This document shows positions 46,678-56,779 of a DNA stretch of 64,000 nt, in pieces. How positions within the stretch are numbered: the first letter of the stretch is position 1; each line of letters starts with the position of its first letter. Location: NCBI GenBank assembly GCA_964549765.1, contig CAZJWR010000002.1:30691-94690 (forward strand). The letters run 5' to 3'. A program made the position numbers and the translations under genes. Source of the DNA: an uncultured Ignavibacteriales bacterium (GTDB lineage: Bacteria; Zixibacteria; MSB-5A5; GN15; JAAZOE01). Under the pieces are notes generated by a model. The model worked only from the letters and a program-made list of their open reading frames with translations, was not told the origin of the DNA and did no database searches.

Positions 46678-47097
46678 ATGTCTGAAAAAATTCGGGTACT
46701 ACTTGCCAAACCGGGGCTGGATGGGCATGATCGCGGCATCAAAGTGATCGCCGCGGCCTTCCGGGATGCCGGCTTCGAAGTGATTTATACCGGCCTTCGG
46801 CAGACGCCGGAACAGATCGCCACCGCCGCTGTGCAGGAGGACGTCGACGCCGTAGGCGTTTCCATCCTCTCGGGGGCGCACATGACGCTGTTTCCGGCGA
46901 TTTTGAAACTGCTCAAAGACAAAGGTGCGGAAAACATCATGCTCTTCGGTGGTGGCATCATTCCCGACGACGACGCGGCCGAGTTGGAAAAGATGGGCGT
47001 GGCCAGACTTTTCACACCCGGTGCGGCGACCACCGAAATCGTGGAATGGCTCAAAGCGACTGTTTCGACCGTCCGGAAGGACGAGGAAATTCTTTAG
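46678..47097 (+). CDS. acyl-CoA mutase small subunit (cobalamin-binding domain)
   Basis: [17 protein letters not shown] is the DxHxxG base-off/His-on motif. ...SILSGAH... and ...GGGIIP follow. Confidence 0.88.
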   Translation: MSEKIRVLLAKPGLDGHDRGIKVIAAAFRDAGFEVIYTGLRQTPEQIATAAVQEDVDAVGVSILSGAHMTLFPAILKLLKDKGAENIMLFGGGIIPDDDAAELEKMGVARLFTPGAATTEIVEWLKATVSTVRKDEEIL

Positions 47098-47122
47098 CCT
47101 TTTGCGCGGTCCAGGGAATTGC

Positions 47123-47968
47123 ATGTATAAGTTCGGCAATTTTGCGATACATCATTACGTCGAGCGGACGTTCAAGCTCGACGGTGGGACGATGTTCGGC
47201 ATCGTGCCCAAAAAAATATGGGGCAAGCTGGTGCCGGTCGACGAGGACAACCTGGTGCTGATGAACACGAATTTATTCGTCATCGAAACGAAGCAATACA
47301 CTTTTCTGTGTGACACCGGGCTGGGCACCCTTCTCGATGAACGCGAGACCAAGATTTACGCCGCCTTCGAGCCGTCGCGGATCGAAACCGGCTTGAATGA
47401 AATCGGCTTCGATGTCGAGGATATCGATTACGTGCTGCTGTCGCATTTGCATCTCGATCATTCCGGCGGCGCCGTCAAAAAAGTCGATGATCGTTTGACG
47501 CCGCGTTTTCCCAAAGCCCGGTATGTCGTCCAGAAGGACGAATGGGATGACGCCATGCATCCCGATGAGCGCACCTCGGCGGTATACAAGGTCGATATGC
47601 TCAAAACGCTTGAAGCTGCAGGTCAGTTGGTGCTGGTGGACGGCGACGAAGAACTGGTCCCCGGCGTAAAACTCGTCAAGACTGGCGGCCATACCGTCGG
47701 GCACCAGGGGTTCGAGTTTTCATCGGGCGGTGAGACGATCGTCTATTACGCCGATATCATCCCCTTTTCGCATCATTTCAAAGTCCCGTATGTGGCGTCG
47801 GTCGATTTGTATCCGCGCGAGACGATGAAGGTGAAACGGTCGCTGGTAGGGCGGGCGCTGGACGGAGAGATCGCGATTGCGTTCGATCACGACACGGAAA
47901 TCCACATCGGCCGAGCGTACGAAGATGGGGTTAAGACGGTCATCAAGCCGGTGATGCAAACGGCTTGA
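47123..47968 (+). CDS. MBL-fold metallo-hydrolase
   Basis: [12 protein letters not shown] is the HxHxDH motif, followed by ...[10 protein letters not shown].... The start at ATG 47123 lies inside the longer track ORF. Confidence 0.75.
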   Translation: MYKFGNFAIHHYVERTFKLDGGTMFGIVPKKIWGKLVPVDEDNLVLMNTNLFVIETKQYTFLCDTGLGTLLDERETKIYAAFEPSRIETGLNEIGFDVEDIDYVLLSHLHLDHSGGAVKKVDDRLTPRFPKARYVVQKDEWDDAMHPDERTSAVYKVDMLKTLEAAGQLVLVDGDEELVPGVKLVKTGGHTVGHQGFEFSSGGETIVYYADIIPFSHHFKVPYVASVDLYPRETMKVKRSLVGRALDGEIAIAFDHDTEIHIGRAYEDGVKTVIKPVMQTA

Positions 47969-48008
47969 TGGACCAAACGTGCGAAGACACGAAACAAGCA
48001 GGGTAGCG

Positions 48009-49559
48009 ATGTCACTTGAGAAAAAATTGAAGGAACGGGACGAACGGCGGGCGCAGGCGCGTCTCGGCGGCGGACAGGATAAAATCGACGCCCAACACGC
48101 CAAGGGCAAACTGACGGCGCGGGAACGGATCGAACTGCTTCTGGATCGGGGCAGTTTCGAGGAATTTGACATGTTCGTCGCGCATCGATGCCACGATTTC
48201 GGACTGGAAAAGAAAAAATACCTCGGCGACGGCGTTGTCACCGGGGTTGGCAAGATCGACGGCCGGCAGGTGTTCGTCTTTTCGCAGGATTTCACCGTTT
48301 TCGGGGGATCGTTATCCGAGGCGCACGCCGAAAAAATCTGCAAGATCATGGATATGGCCATGAAGGTGGGTTGCCCCGTGATCGGCCTCAACGATTCCGG
48401 CGGGGCGCGAATTCAGGAAGGCGTCGTATCGTTGGGCGGATACGCCGACATATTCCTGCGCAATACGCTCGCTTCGGGCGTCGTCCCGCAGATTTCGCTG
48501 GTCCTCGGGCCGTGCGCCGGGGGCGCCGTTTACAGCCCGGCCATCACCGATTTCACGATCATGGTGAAAGGCATCAGCCATATGTTCGTCACCGGGCCGA
48601 ACGTGGTCAAGACGGTGACGCACGAAGATGTCACGTCCGAGGAACTGGGCGGCGCCATGACTCACGCCACCAAATCGGGCGTGGCGCATTATGCGGCCGA
48701 AAACGAACCCGACGCAATCCGTTTCACGCGCGAGTTGTTCAGTTATCTTCCGCTCAACAACATGCAGGATCCGCCCTTTATCGAAACCGACGATCCGCAC
48801 GACAGGGAAGAAGAGAGCCTCAATTCAATCGTGCCGCTCAATCCGAACAAGCCATACGATATCAAAGACGTTATTCATTATATTTTCGACGACGGGCGTT
48901 TTTTGGAAATCCATGGCGATTTCGCGCCCAATATTGTCGTCGGATTCGCGCGGCTGGGCGGTTACTCGGTGGGGATTATCGCCAACCAGCCGGCCTTTCT
49001 CGCCGGCGTGCTCGATATCAACTCCTCGCGAAAGGCGGGCCGCTTCATCCGCTTCTGCGACGCGTTCAATATTCCCATCATCACCTTCGAGGATGTGCCC
49101 GGATTTTTGCCCGGCACCGATCAGGAGCACAACGGCATTATCGTCAACGGCGCCAAACTGCTGTATGCCTACTGTGAGGCGACGGTTCCGAAAATTACGG
49201 TCATCACCCGCAAGGCCTACGGCGGAGCATATGATGTTATGAATTCCAAGCACGTGCGCGGCGATCTGAACTACGCCTGGCCGACCGCCGAAATCGCTGT
49301 GATGGGCCCCAAAGGCGCGGTCGAGATTATTTTCCGCAAAGAAATTGAGAAAGTCAAAGACAAAGACAAGGCGATCGAGGAAAAAGTATCGGAATACTCC
49401 GAGAAATTCGCCAATCCCTACGTTGCTGCCGAGCGGGGGTATATTGATGACGTCATCGAACCGAAACGCACTCGCCTGCGGTTGATCAATGCCCTGACTA
49501 TGCTGGAGAACAAGAAGGATTCCAACCCGCCGAAGAAACACGGCAATATACCGTTGTGA
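48009..49559 (+). CDS. acyl-CoA carboxylase carboxyltransferase (beta) subunit, PccB / methylmalonyl-CoA carboxyltransferase 12S type
   Basis: ...[14 protein letters not shown]...[10 protein letters not shown]...[12 protein letters not shown]...RKAYGGAY... is a canonical sequence for this family. Confidence 0.88.
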   Translation: MSLEKKLKERDERRAQARLGGGQDKIDAQHAKGKLTARERIELLLDRGSFEEFDMFVAHRCHDFGLEKKKYLGDGVVTGVGKIDGRQVFVFSQDFTVFGGSLSEAHAEKICKIMDMAMKVGCPVIGLNDSGGARIQEGVVSLGGYADIFLRNTLASGVVPQISLVLGPCAGGAVYSPAITDFTIMVKGISHMFVTGPNVVKTVTHEDVTSEELGGAMTHATKSGVAHYAAENEPDAIRFTRELFSYLPLNNMQDPPFIETDDPHDREEESLNSIVPLNPNKPYDIKDVIHYIFDDGRFLEIHGDFAPNIVVGFARLGGYSVGIIANQPAFLAGVLDINSSRKAGRFIRFCDAFNIPIITFEDVPGFLPGTDQEHNGIIVNGAKLLYAYCEATVPKITVITRKAYGGAYDVMNSKHVRGDLNYAWPTAEIAVMGPKGAVEIIFRKEIEKVKDKDKAIEEKVSEYSEKFANPYVAAERGYIDDVIEPKRTRLRLINALTMLENKKDSNPPKKHGNIPL

Positions 49560-49573
49560 TATGAAATAAGACT

Positions 49574-51094
49574 ATGCCTGAGATAAGCAAGATACTGATT
49601 GCGAACCGGGGAGAAATCGCGGTGCGCATCGTCCGCGCCTGCCGCGACGCCGGAATAAATTCGGCCGCCGTTTATTCCGACCCCGACCGGACAGCCTTTC
49701 ATGTCCGCGCCGCCGATGAAGCCTACCCCTTGCACGACGTAACCTCGGCCGAATCATACCTCGTCCATGAAAAAATCATCGACGCCGCCAAATCGTGCGG
49801 GGCGCAGGCGATTCATCCGGGGTATGGTTTCCTTGCGGAAAATCATGTCTTCGCCGATTTGTGCCGCGAGAACGATATCATATTCATCGGGCCGACGCCG
49901 GAAGTGATCAACCTTCTGGGCGACAAACTCGAAGCGCGCCGCACGGCGATCAAGGCCGGTCTGCCGCTGACGCCCGCCAGCGAGCACGATGTCGCCGATA
50001 TCGACCGGGCGCGGGCGGAAGCCGAAAAAATCGGGTATCCGATATTGATCAAGGCGGCTGCCGGCGGCGGCGGCAAGGGGATGCGGATCGTCCATTCCGC
50101 CGATGATCTCGAAGCGGCCCTGATAACGGCGGCGTCGGAGGCGTCATCGGCGTTCGGCGACCGGCGGGTCTACATCGAGAAATATTTCGACCGCCCCCGC
50201 CATATCGAAATCCAGATTCTTGCCGACACCCACGGCAACGCCGTGCATATGGGTGAGCGCGAATGTTCCATCCAGCGGCGACACCAAAAGGTAATCGAGG
50301 AGTCGCCGTCGGCGGTGGTCGATGACAAACTTCGCGCCCACATGGGCGAGGCCGCCGTCGCGATCGCACTCGAATCGGGCTATGTCGGCGCGGGTACGGT
50401 CGAATTTTTGGTCGATCAGGAATTGAAATTTTATTTCCTCGAAGTCAACACCCGCCTGCAGGTGGAACATCCGGTCACCGAGATGGTTACCGGGATCGAT
50501 CTGGTCATCGAGCAGTTCAAAATCGCCCGGGGCGAAAAATTATCATTGAAGCAAAAGGATATCGCTCATCGCGGCCATGCCATCGAATGCCGAATCTACG
50601 CCGAGGACGTCCCCGCCGGCTTCGTGCCGTCGACCGGGCACCTGTCGGCCTACCGGGAACCGGCCGGCCCGGGAGTTCGGGTCGATTCCGGTTTCGTCGC
50701 CGGAGACACGATTCCGGTTTACTATGATCCCCTGATCGCCAAATTGATCACGTGGGGCGATGACCGCCGGCAGTCGATATCGCGCATGCGCCGGGCGCTG
50801 ACCGAATACGCCGTCCAGGGGGTCGATACGACGATTCCCTTCGAATTGAAGGTGATGGCCAACGAGCGGTTTGTCGAGGGCAAATTGTCGACACATTTTA
50901 TCCCCGAGGAATTCCCCGATCTGGCGGCGAGCATGGCCCAGACCGACGACGAAGTCGAACTGTCGGCGATGGCGGCGGCATTGATCGATTTCCAGCAGCG
51001 AGAGAAAACCGCTGCGGCCGCCGGGCGCCCTGCGCGGCAGGCGGATAGCTGGAAACTCTCCGGGCGGCTCGAGGGTTTAAGGAAGGTATGGTAG
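49574..51094 (+). CDS. biotin carboxylase subunit of acyl-CoA carboxylase
   Basis: KILIANRGEIAVRIVRAC...HPGYGFLAEN...GGGGKGMR...EMNTR-like EVNTRLQVEHPVTE. Confidence 0.9.
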   Translation: MPEISKILIANRGEIAVRIVRACRDAGINSAAVYSDPDRTAFHVRAADEAYPLHDVTSAESYLVHEKIIDAAKSCGAQAIHPGYGFLAENHVFADLCRENDIIFIGPTPEVINLLGDKLEARRTAIKAGLPLTPASEHDVADIDRARAEAEKIGYPILIKAAAGGGGKGMRIVHSADDLEAALITAASEASSAFGDRRVYIEKYFDRPRHIEIQILADTHGNAVHMGERECSIQRRHQKVIEESPSAVVDDKLRAHMGEAAVAIALESGYVGAGTVEFLVDQELKFYFLEVNTRLQVEHPVTEMVTGIDLVIEQFKIARGEKLSLKQKDIAHRGHAIECRIYAEDVPAGFVPSTGHLSAYREPAGPGVRVDSGFVAGDTIPVYYDPLIAKLITWGDDRRQSISRMRRALTEYAVQGVDTTIPFELKVMANERFVEGKLSTHFIPEEFPDLAASMAQTDDEVELSAMAAALIDFQQREKTAAAAGRPARQADSWKLSGRLEGLRKVW

Positions 51095-51096
51095 CG

Positions 51097-51600
51097 ATGA
51101 AAAAAGTCCAGGTCGACATACAGGATAAGACCTTCCAGTTCGAGTTGCGGCAGGCGGACGGCAAATTGCGGATCAGACGCAACGGCGACGATCATGCCGC
51201 CGACCTGGTCAGGCTGCGCAGCAACCGCTATTCGCTTATCATCGACGGGCGCTCCTATGAATTCGGCCTCGAACACGACGGCGACGGGTACATGATATCG
51301 TCGGGGTCACGTTCGGGAACGGTCCGGGTCGAGGATTACGAACTGGCCCGCATCAAGAAGGCCGCCGGCATCGACGACAACATCCGGGTCAAAAATATCA
51401 CCGCCCCTATGCCGGGGTTGATCGTCCGCGTCAATCGCCAGGCGGGCGATGATGTAAAAAAGGGTGAAGCGCTGGTGGTGATGGAAGCGATGAAGATGGA
51501 AAACGATATCAAATCGCCGCTGGCCGGGAAGATCAAGGCTATCAATGTTTCGACCGGCGAAAGTGTCGAGAAGGGACATCTGCTGGTCGAATTCGAATAA
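51097..51600 (+). CDS. biotin carboxyl carrier protein (biotinyl domain)
   Basis: The C-terminal ...VVMEAMKMENDIKSP... is the biotin attachment motif. The start at 51097 (AAGGAAGG 10 nt upstream) is preferred over 51088. Confidence 0.8.
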   Translation: MKKVQVDIQDKTFQFELRQADGKLRIRRNGDDHAADLVRLRSNRYSLIIDGRSYEFGLEHDGDGYMISSGSRSGTVRVEDYELARIKKAAGIDDNIRVKNITAPMPGLIVRVNRQAGDDVKKGEALVVMEAMKMENDIKSPLAGKIKAINVSTGESVEKGHLLVEFE

Positions 51601-51669
51601 TGCAGCGAACCGCAGAAACAGCCGATATGATGCGCAAAGGCGCTGACGAATAGAGAACGAGGACGTATC

Positions 51670-52212
51670 ATGAAGAGACAGATTCAATACCTTTCCGCCG
51701 CGATTATCATTGTTTCCCTGTTGGTACTGACGATGGCGTCGTGTGAATCGAAAAAAGCCGTCGATCCCACCGTCAAGCGTATCGAGGACAAAACCGAGGA
51801 GCTGTTCACGCGGTCGAAGGTCTTGGATTATGAAGCGCTGTACGAAAATGAATTCCCCTATATGAAGGATGAAATGCCGCTCGACGAGTACCTCAAGAAC
51901 AGCTATATCCAGTGGGGACGGGTCGATACCCTGGCAGCATTGCAGATCGATTCGGTCAATTTATTCGGCGATTCCGCCTACGCCTACCTGCAGATCGAAT
52001 ATGTCCTTTCGGACAGTTCGCTTTCCGTCCGGGATTTACCGCTGATATGGTACCGGGTCGAGGATACCGGTTGGGTGCATCCGGTGCTTTCAAATTTTCA
52101 GCAGCAGAAGGAATACGAAGAGGAAATCCGGATGTACTGGGAGGCCGTCAAGGAAATGCAGAAAGATCAGGATCAAGATTCCGGAGAGCAGACCGACAGC
52201 TCCGGCACTTGA
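51670..52212 (+). CDS. putative lipoprotein, function unknown
   Basis: A signal peptide with a lipobox-like LTMASC is followed by an acidic C-terminus. No family was recognised. Confidence 0.55.
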   Translation: MKRQIQYLSAAIIIVSLLVLTMASCESKKAVDPTVKRIEDKTEELFTRSKVLDYEALYENEFPYMKDEMPLDEYLKNSYIQWGRVDTLAALQIDSVNLFGDSAYAYLQIEYVLSDSSLSVRDLPLIWYRVEDTGWVHPVLSNFQQQKEYEEEIRMYWEAVKEMQKDQDQDSGEQTDSSGT

Positions 52213-52271
52213 TGTGTGTATTTTAATAGAGTCGATTATTTCCGATTATCATTTTGCGCCGTGGAGGGGCG

Positions 52272-52871
52272 ATGGCGGACAAAGACAAGCTCCGGGAATA
52301 CAAACAAAAACGCAGCGAGGGCAAAACCGCCGAACCGTTTCAATCCGGCGGACGATCCAAAGGCGGCCGCATTTTTGTCATCCAGAAACATGACGCCAGT
52401 CGCCTGCATTATGATTTCCGATTGGAAATCGACGGCGTTCTGAAATCGTGAGTCATCCCCAAAGGCCCCTCGACCGACCCCAAGGACAAACGCCTGGCCG
52501 TGCCGACCGAAGATCACCCCATGAGCTACAAGGATTTCGAAGGTACTATCCCCGAGGGCGAATACGGCGGCGGAACGGTGTTGGTTTGGGATGCCGGCAC
52601 ATACAAAAATATCAAACGCAAAAACGGCCGCCTGATTGCGATGGAAAAGGCGTATGAAAACGGGCAGGTCGAAATCGAACTGCACGGGAAAAAACTCAAG
52701 GGCGGCTACGCCCTGATCCGCACCGGAAAGCCTTCCGACAAACGCTGGCTGTTGATCAAAATGCGCGACGATTATGCCGATGCCCGCCGCAATCCGGTCA
52801 CGTCCGAGCCGGGGTCGGTCCTTTCCGGCAAGACCATCGAACAAATCGCCGAGGCATTGGAAAAGAAGTAA
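52272..52871 (+). pseudogene. stand-alone LigD-type 3'-phosphoesterase domain gene interrupted by an in-frame TGA
   Basis: ...[75 protein letters not shown].... The stop at 52449-52451 sits where the family has Trp (SWAVPKGPS). The two track ORFs 52254..52451 and 52500..52871 are in the same frame. Confidence 0.7.
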
Positions 52872-52916
52872 AGAAAACGCCGAAGCGTGGTACCGTAGGC
52901 AGGAAATTCGATAAAT

Positions 52917-53333
52917 CTATTTTTTCTTGATCGTCCGCAGGAGGCGTTCGACGCGAAGTTTGATCTGGTCGCGGATCATCGCGTAGGCCTGCTCCTGCGA
53001 GATTTCTTCTGAAACCAGCGTGTCGGGATTGGGAATCGTCCAGTGATCATACTTGACGTCCGGCGGGAAAAAGGCGCTGTAGGGTTTGACGGTCTCGCTG
53101 AGGGTGACGATATAATCGGCCCATTTCATCAGGCGGTCATCCAGGCGGCGGCTCTGATGGCGGGAAATATCGATTCCCACCTGCTTCATGATATGAATCG
53201 CCATGGGATGGACCTTGAACGGCTGCATGCCGGCTGATCGCACGTTGATGGACTGGTCGCCGAGATGCCGCGCCCATCCCTCGGCCATCTGCGAACGCAC
53301 CGAATTGCTGGCGCAAACGAAGAGAAGATTCAT
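52917..53333 (-). CDS. low-molecular-weight phosphatase / ArsC-like protein retaining only the nucleophilic Cys
   Basis: MNLLFVCASNSVRSQMAEGWA is the CX5R(S) P-loop. It aligns along its whole length to Trx-coupled ArsC, but TLSETVKPYSA replaces TLCGDAADKCP. Confidence 0.7.
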   Translation of the reverse strand: MNLLFVCASNSVRSQMAEGWARHLGDQSINVRSAGMQPFKVHPMAIHIMKQVGIDISRHQSRRLDDRLMKWADYIVTLSETVKPYSAFFPPDVKYDHWTIPNPDTLVSEEISQEQAYAMIRDQIKLRVERLLRTIKKK

Positions 53334-53536
53334 GATTTGTGTTCCTCTTGCTTCCGACGATTTCCCAATATCCGGACGGAGGAAATATACTGCCAAAAGG
53401 GAGACCGGCCAATAAAAATCGACCGCGCCGCTTGATCGAAAATATCCGCCGTACGATACATGCCGGTTGACTTATATCGGTCCGCTGCGTATAATTGGAG
53501 GCAAAACCGAATTGGACATTCTTACGGAGAAGCGGG

Positions 53537-54058
53537 ATGGAACCTACCATGTCGAGCGAAAAAACCACCAAACGCACCGATTATTTGCACTGGGATGAAT
53601 ATTTTATGTCGGTGGCGGTCCTGTCGTCCTTACGAAGTAAAGATCCCAATACGCAGGTGGGGGCCTGCATCGTCAACGACGGCAACCGCATCGTCGGTAT
53701 CGGGTACAACGGTTTCCCGGCGGGATGTTCCGACGACGAACTGCCGTGGGGCCGGGTCGGCGAATATCTGGACACCAAATATCCGTATGTCTGCCATGCC
53801 GAACTGAACGCCATCCTCAACAGCGATTTCGGACGGATGAACAATTGCCGGATGTACGTCAACCTGTTTCCCTGCAACGAATGCGCCAAGCTGATCATCC
53901 AGGCGGGGATCAAAAAGGTTATTTATATCAGCGACAAGTATCCCGACGACGAAAAGTTTATATCGGCGCGGCGGATGTTCAAGCTGGCCGGCGTGGAGAT
54001 GGCCCAGATGCCTGTCCCCAAACGCAAAATCGAAATCGATTTCAGCCGCTTTGTATAA
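53537..54058 (+). CDS. dCMP deaminase (ComEB-type cytidine/deoxycytidylate deaminase)
   Basis: WDEYFM...VCHAELNAI...PCNECAK are the zinc-binding motifs. The start was chosen at 53537 (GGAG upstream). Confidence 0.85.
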   Translation: MEPTMSSEKTTKRTDYLHWDEYFMSVAVLSSLRSKDPNTQVGACIVNDGNRIVGIGYNGFPAGCSDDELPWGRVGEYLDTKYPYVCHAELNAILNSDFGRMNNCRMYVNLFPCNECAKLIIQAGIKKVIYISDKYPDDEKFISARRMFKLAGVEMAQMPVPKRKIEIDFSRFV

Positions 54059-54084
54059 CGCCGTTTCGTGAATTCTGGCCAAAT

Positions 54085-54112
54085 AAAAACCCCGCCGAAA
54101 GGCGGGGTTTTT
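54085..54112. terminator. bidirectional intrinsic terminator between the dCMP deaminase gene and secF
   Basis: AAAAA-CCCCGCC-GAAA-GGCGGGG-TTTTT. It lies between convergent genes. Confidence 0.8.
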
Positions 54113-54129
54113 GTGTGGGTAGATTTTGC

Positions 54130-55068
54130 TTATTTGAACCGCTTGGGGCTGCGGGCTTCCCATTCAACCACAATCGGGCTGGCTACGAACACCGAACTAT
54201 AGGTGCCGACGACGACGCCGATTACCAGCGCCAGCGACAGCGACCGCAGCACCGGCCCGCCGAACAGGAACAGGGTCAGGACGACGATAAACGTCGAGAC
54301 CGAGGTCATGACCGTCCGTGACAGCACTTCGTTGATGCTCGTGTTGATAGTTACCACGAAATCGCCTTTTTTGCGGAACAGTCTGAGGTTTTCCCGGATA
54401 CGGTCGAACACGACGACGGTGTCGGTCAGGGAATACCCGCCCAGGGTCAGCAGCGCGGTGACCACGAGCAGGTCGATTTCGATACCCAAAATCCAGAATA
54501 TCCCCAAGACCGCCAGCACGTCATGAAACGTCGCGACGGTCGCGGCTATGCCGGATCGGAAATCGAATCGAATCCAGATATAGATCAAAATGCCGGCCAC
54601 GGCCAGAAGGATGGCCCACTGGGCCTGTTTGCGCAGCGATTTGCCCACGGCCGGCCCGATGGTGTGTTCCGAATCTTCATGGAAGGCGTTGTCGGGAAAG
54701 GCCTGTTGGACGACCGCCGTGATTTTATCCACGGTCGATTCCTGACCCACCGACAGGCCCTCGGATACGGTCTTGACGCGGATAAGATAAGAATTCTCGA
54801 CGCCTTCGGTGGACAGGCTCTGAATATTGGCCTCGGGAAAACCGTTGTTGATGAGCGCCGAGCGCAGATCGCCGATGGTAATCGGCCTGTCGAAATTCCC
54901 CTGTACCATGGTGCCGCCGGTGAAATCGATCCCCATCTTCGCTTTGCCAAGCATGATGCTGGCAAAAGCCGTCAGCCCGAGGAGGATTAGCAGCGCCGAA
55001 AGGATAAACGAATATTTGCGTTTTCCGATGAAATCGATGTTTGGCTTTTCGCCGAATATTTCGAACAT
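54130..55068 (-). CDS. secF: protein translocase subunit SecF
   Basis: ...IDFIGKRKY... is followed by MGIDFTGGT and the C-terminal six-TM SecF layout. Confidence 0.9.
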   Translation of the reverse strand: MFEIFGEKPNIDFIGKRKYSFILSALLILLGLTAFASIMLGKAKMGIDFTGGTMVQGNFDRPITIGDLRSALINNGFPEANIQSLSTEGVENSYLIRVKTVSEGLSVGQESTVDKITAVVQQAFPDNAFHEDSEHTIGPAVGKSLRKQAQWAILLAVAGILIYIWIRFDFRSGIAATVATFHDVLAVLGIFWILGIEIDLLVVTALLTLGGYSLTDTVVVFDRIRENLRLFRKKGDFVVTINTSINEVLSRTVMTSVSTFIVVLTLFLFGGPVLRSLSLALVIGVVVGTYSSVFVASPIVVEWEARSPKRFK

Positions 55069-55090
55069 TTCTTGGTCGTCTCCTCACGAA

Positions 55091-56779
55091 CTATATGGAC
55101 AGGGTCTTGTATCCTTTGCGAATATCGAATATGGCCTTGGTAATTACCACCGCCGTATACAATGACAGGGTAACACCCAGAAACAACGACACCGCGAAAC
55201 CTTTGACCGGCCCCGATCCGAAAATAAACAGAATAGCTGCCGTAATCAGCGTGGTAACGTGACTGTCGACAATCGCCACCAGAGCCCGGTCGTACCCGGC
55301 CTCAATGGACGCCCGGATGGTTTTGCCGGTGGCCAATTCCTCGCGGATGCGCTGAAATATCAGCACGTTGGCGTCGACCGAAATACCGATGGTCAGGATA
55401 ATCCCGGCGATACCCGGCATGGTCAACGTTGCCCGCAAGGCCGCCATAGCTGCCAGCAGGAAAAACAGGTTGAATACCAAGGCGATATCGGCAATCACAC
55501 CGGACACCCGGTAATAAATTCCGATCAGCAGGAGCACAAGAAGCAGGGCGATCCACGATGAGGTCAGGCCCTTGTGAATTGAGTCGCGTCCCAAAGACGG
55601 CCCCACCACGGAACTTTCGATGATCTGCACGTCGGTCGGGAGCGCACCGGCTTTCAACACGATCGACAGGTCGCGGCCTTCCTCGAAGGTGGCCCCGGTG
55701 CCCATCGTGATACGGCCACGGTCGCGGATACGATCCTGAATAATCGGCGCCGATTCGACCTTGCCGTCGAGGACGATGGCCAGGGGTTTGCCGATGTTGG
55801 GGCCGCTGACGCGCGAGAAAATACGCCCGCCTTCACGAGTAAGAGTGAAATTCACGATCGGTTTGCCGTACTGATCAAGCTGCGGGATGGCATCGGTCAG
55901 GTACTCACCGGACATCTGGACCCGGCTTTTGAGCACATAAAAGCGGGTGACCTCGCGGCCGGCGTAAACCTCGGACCGTCGGCCGAACGCGAACTGGACG
56001 TCGGTGGGGATCAATTTCTGGATTTCCGGCTTAGCGAGAATCGCCTTGATGTTCGGAAGGAGGTCGGTCTCCACGAAAAATTCGGGATAATCGGCGCCCG
56101 GAACCGGATCGAGGTAAATCGAAAACGGCTTGTCCAGCTCCTCTTCGGTCAGCGCCGTCATATCTTCTTGGATGGTATCGGAGCCTTCGCCAAGCAAATC
56201 CTGCAGCACGTCGACCTTCCCGGTATCGGCGGAGGTCGTATCTTTTCCGGTGGTATCCGCTTCGGGGACCGTGCCTTCGACTGTTTCCTTCATATTGACC
56301 AACGCTGCGTCTATCTTCGAAAGCAGCAGGGTCGCATTATCCTGGGATTCGAGCAGCTTGAACTGCAACTGGGCCGTTTCGCCGATCAGTTTCTGGGCGC
56401 GGTTGACGTCGGTGAAGCCGGGCAGATCGACGATGATGCGGTCCTCGCCCGATTTCTGAATCACCGGTTCGGTGACGCCGAACTGGTCGATACGGTTGCG
56501 GATGATTTCCAGCGCCCGGTCGACGGCGTCCTCTCTGGCCTTGGGCGGCAGTTTTTCCTTTTCCACCCGCAGGACGACGTGCATGCCGCCCTGGAGGTCA
56601 AGGCCCAGGCGGATGGCCTGCTGCTTCATCGCAAACAGTTTGGCCGGGTTGTCTTCCTGCAGCACCTGTTTTTCCGAACCGGATAGCATCCAGTACCGAA
56701 CAGTGGGCCAGGAGTAGTAGACGGCGGCCAGGATCAAGATTGCCGTGATTGCGAATCGCCATGTCTGTGCTCTGCTCAT
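55091..56779 (-). CDS. secD: protein translocase subunit SecD
   Basis: ...LGLDLQGGMHVVL..., a large periplasmic domain, then ...SLGRDSI..G... and TM bundle ...TLTMPGIAGIILTIGISVDANVLIF. Confidence 0.9.
   Translation of the reverse strand: MSRAQTWRFAITAILILAAVYYSWPTVRYWMLSGSEKQVLQEDNPAKLFAMKQQAIRLGLDLQGGMHVVLRVEKEKLPPKAREDAVDRALEIIRNRIDQFGVTEPVIQKSGEDRIIVDLPGFTDVNRAQKLIGETAQLQFKLLESQDNATLLLSKIDAALVNMKETVEGTVPEADTTGKDTTSADTGKVDVLQDLLGEGSDTIQEDMTALTEEELDKPFSIYLDPVPGADYPEFFVETDLLPNIKAILAKPEIQKLIPTDVQFAFGRRSEVYAGREVTRFYVLKSRVQMSGEYLTDAIPQLDQYGKPIVNFTLTREGGRIFSRVSGPNIGKPLAIVLDGKVESAPIIQDRIRDRGRITMGTGATFEEGRDLSIVLKAGALPTDVQIIESSVVGPSLGRDSIHKGLTSSWIALLLVLLLIGIYYRVSGVIADIALVFNLFFLLAAMAALRATLTMPGIAGIILTIGISVDANVLIFQRIREELATGKTIRASIEAGYDRALVAIVDSHVTTLITAAILFIFGSGPVKGFAVSLFLGVTLSLYTAVVITKAIFDIRKGYKTLSI

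Noticed and set aside
52449-52451. Genome-wide TGA reassignment (code 4 or 25) or selenocysteine, as an explanation for the in-frame TGA in the LigD-type phosphoesterase.
   Set aside because: TGA functions as a stop in many well-supported genes in this window, including ATGA-coupled junctions at moaB/moaA, pyrK/pyrD, the gamma/alpha OFOR junction and the 2Fe-2S/Mo subunit junction. The interrupted position is a conserved Trp, not a redox Cys, and I saw no obvious SECIS-like hairpin directly downstream.
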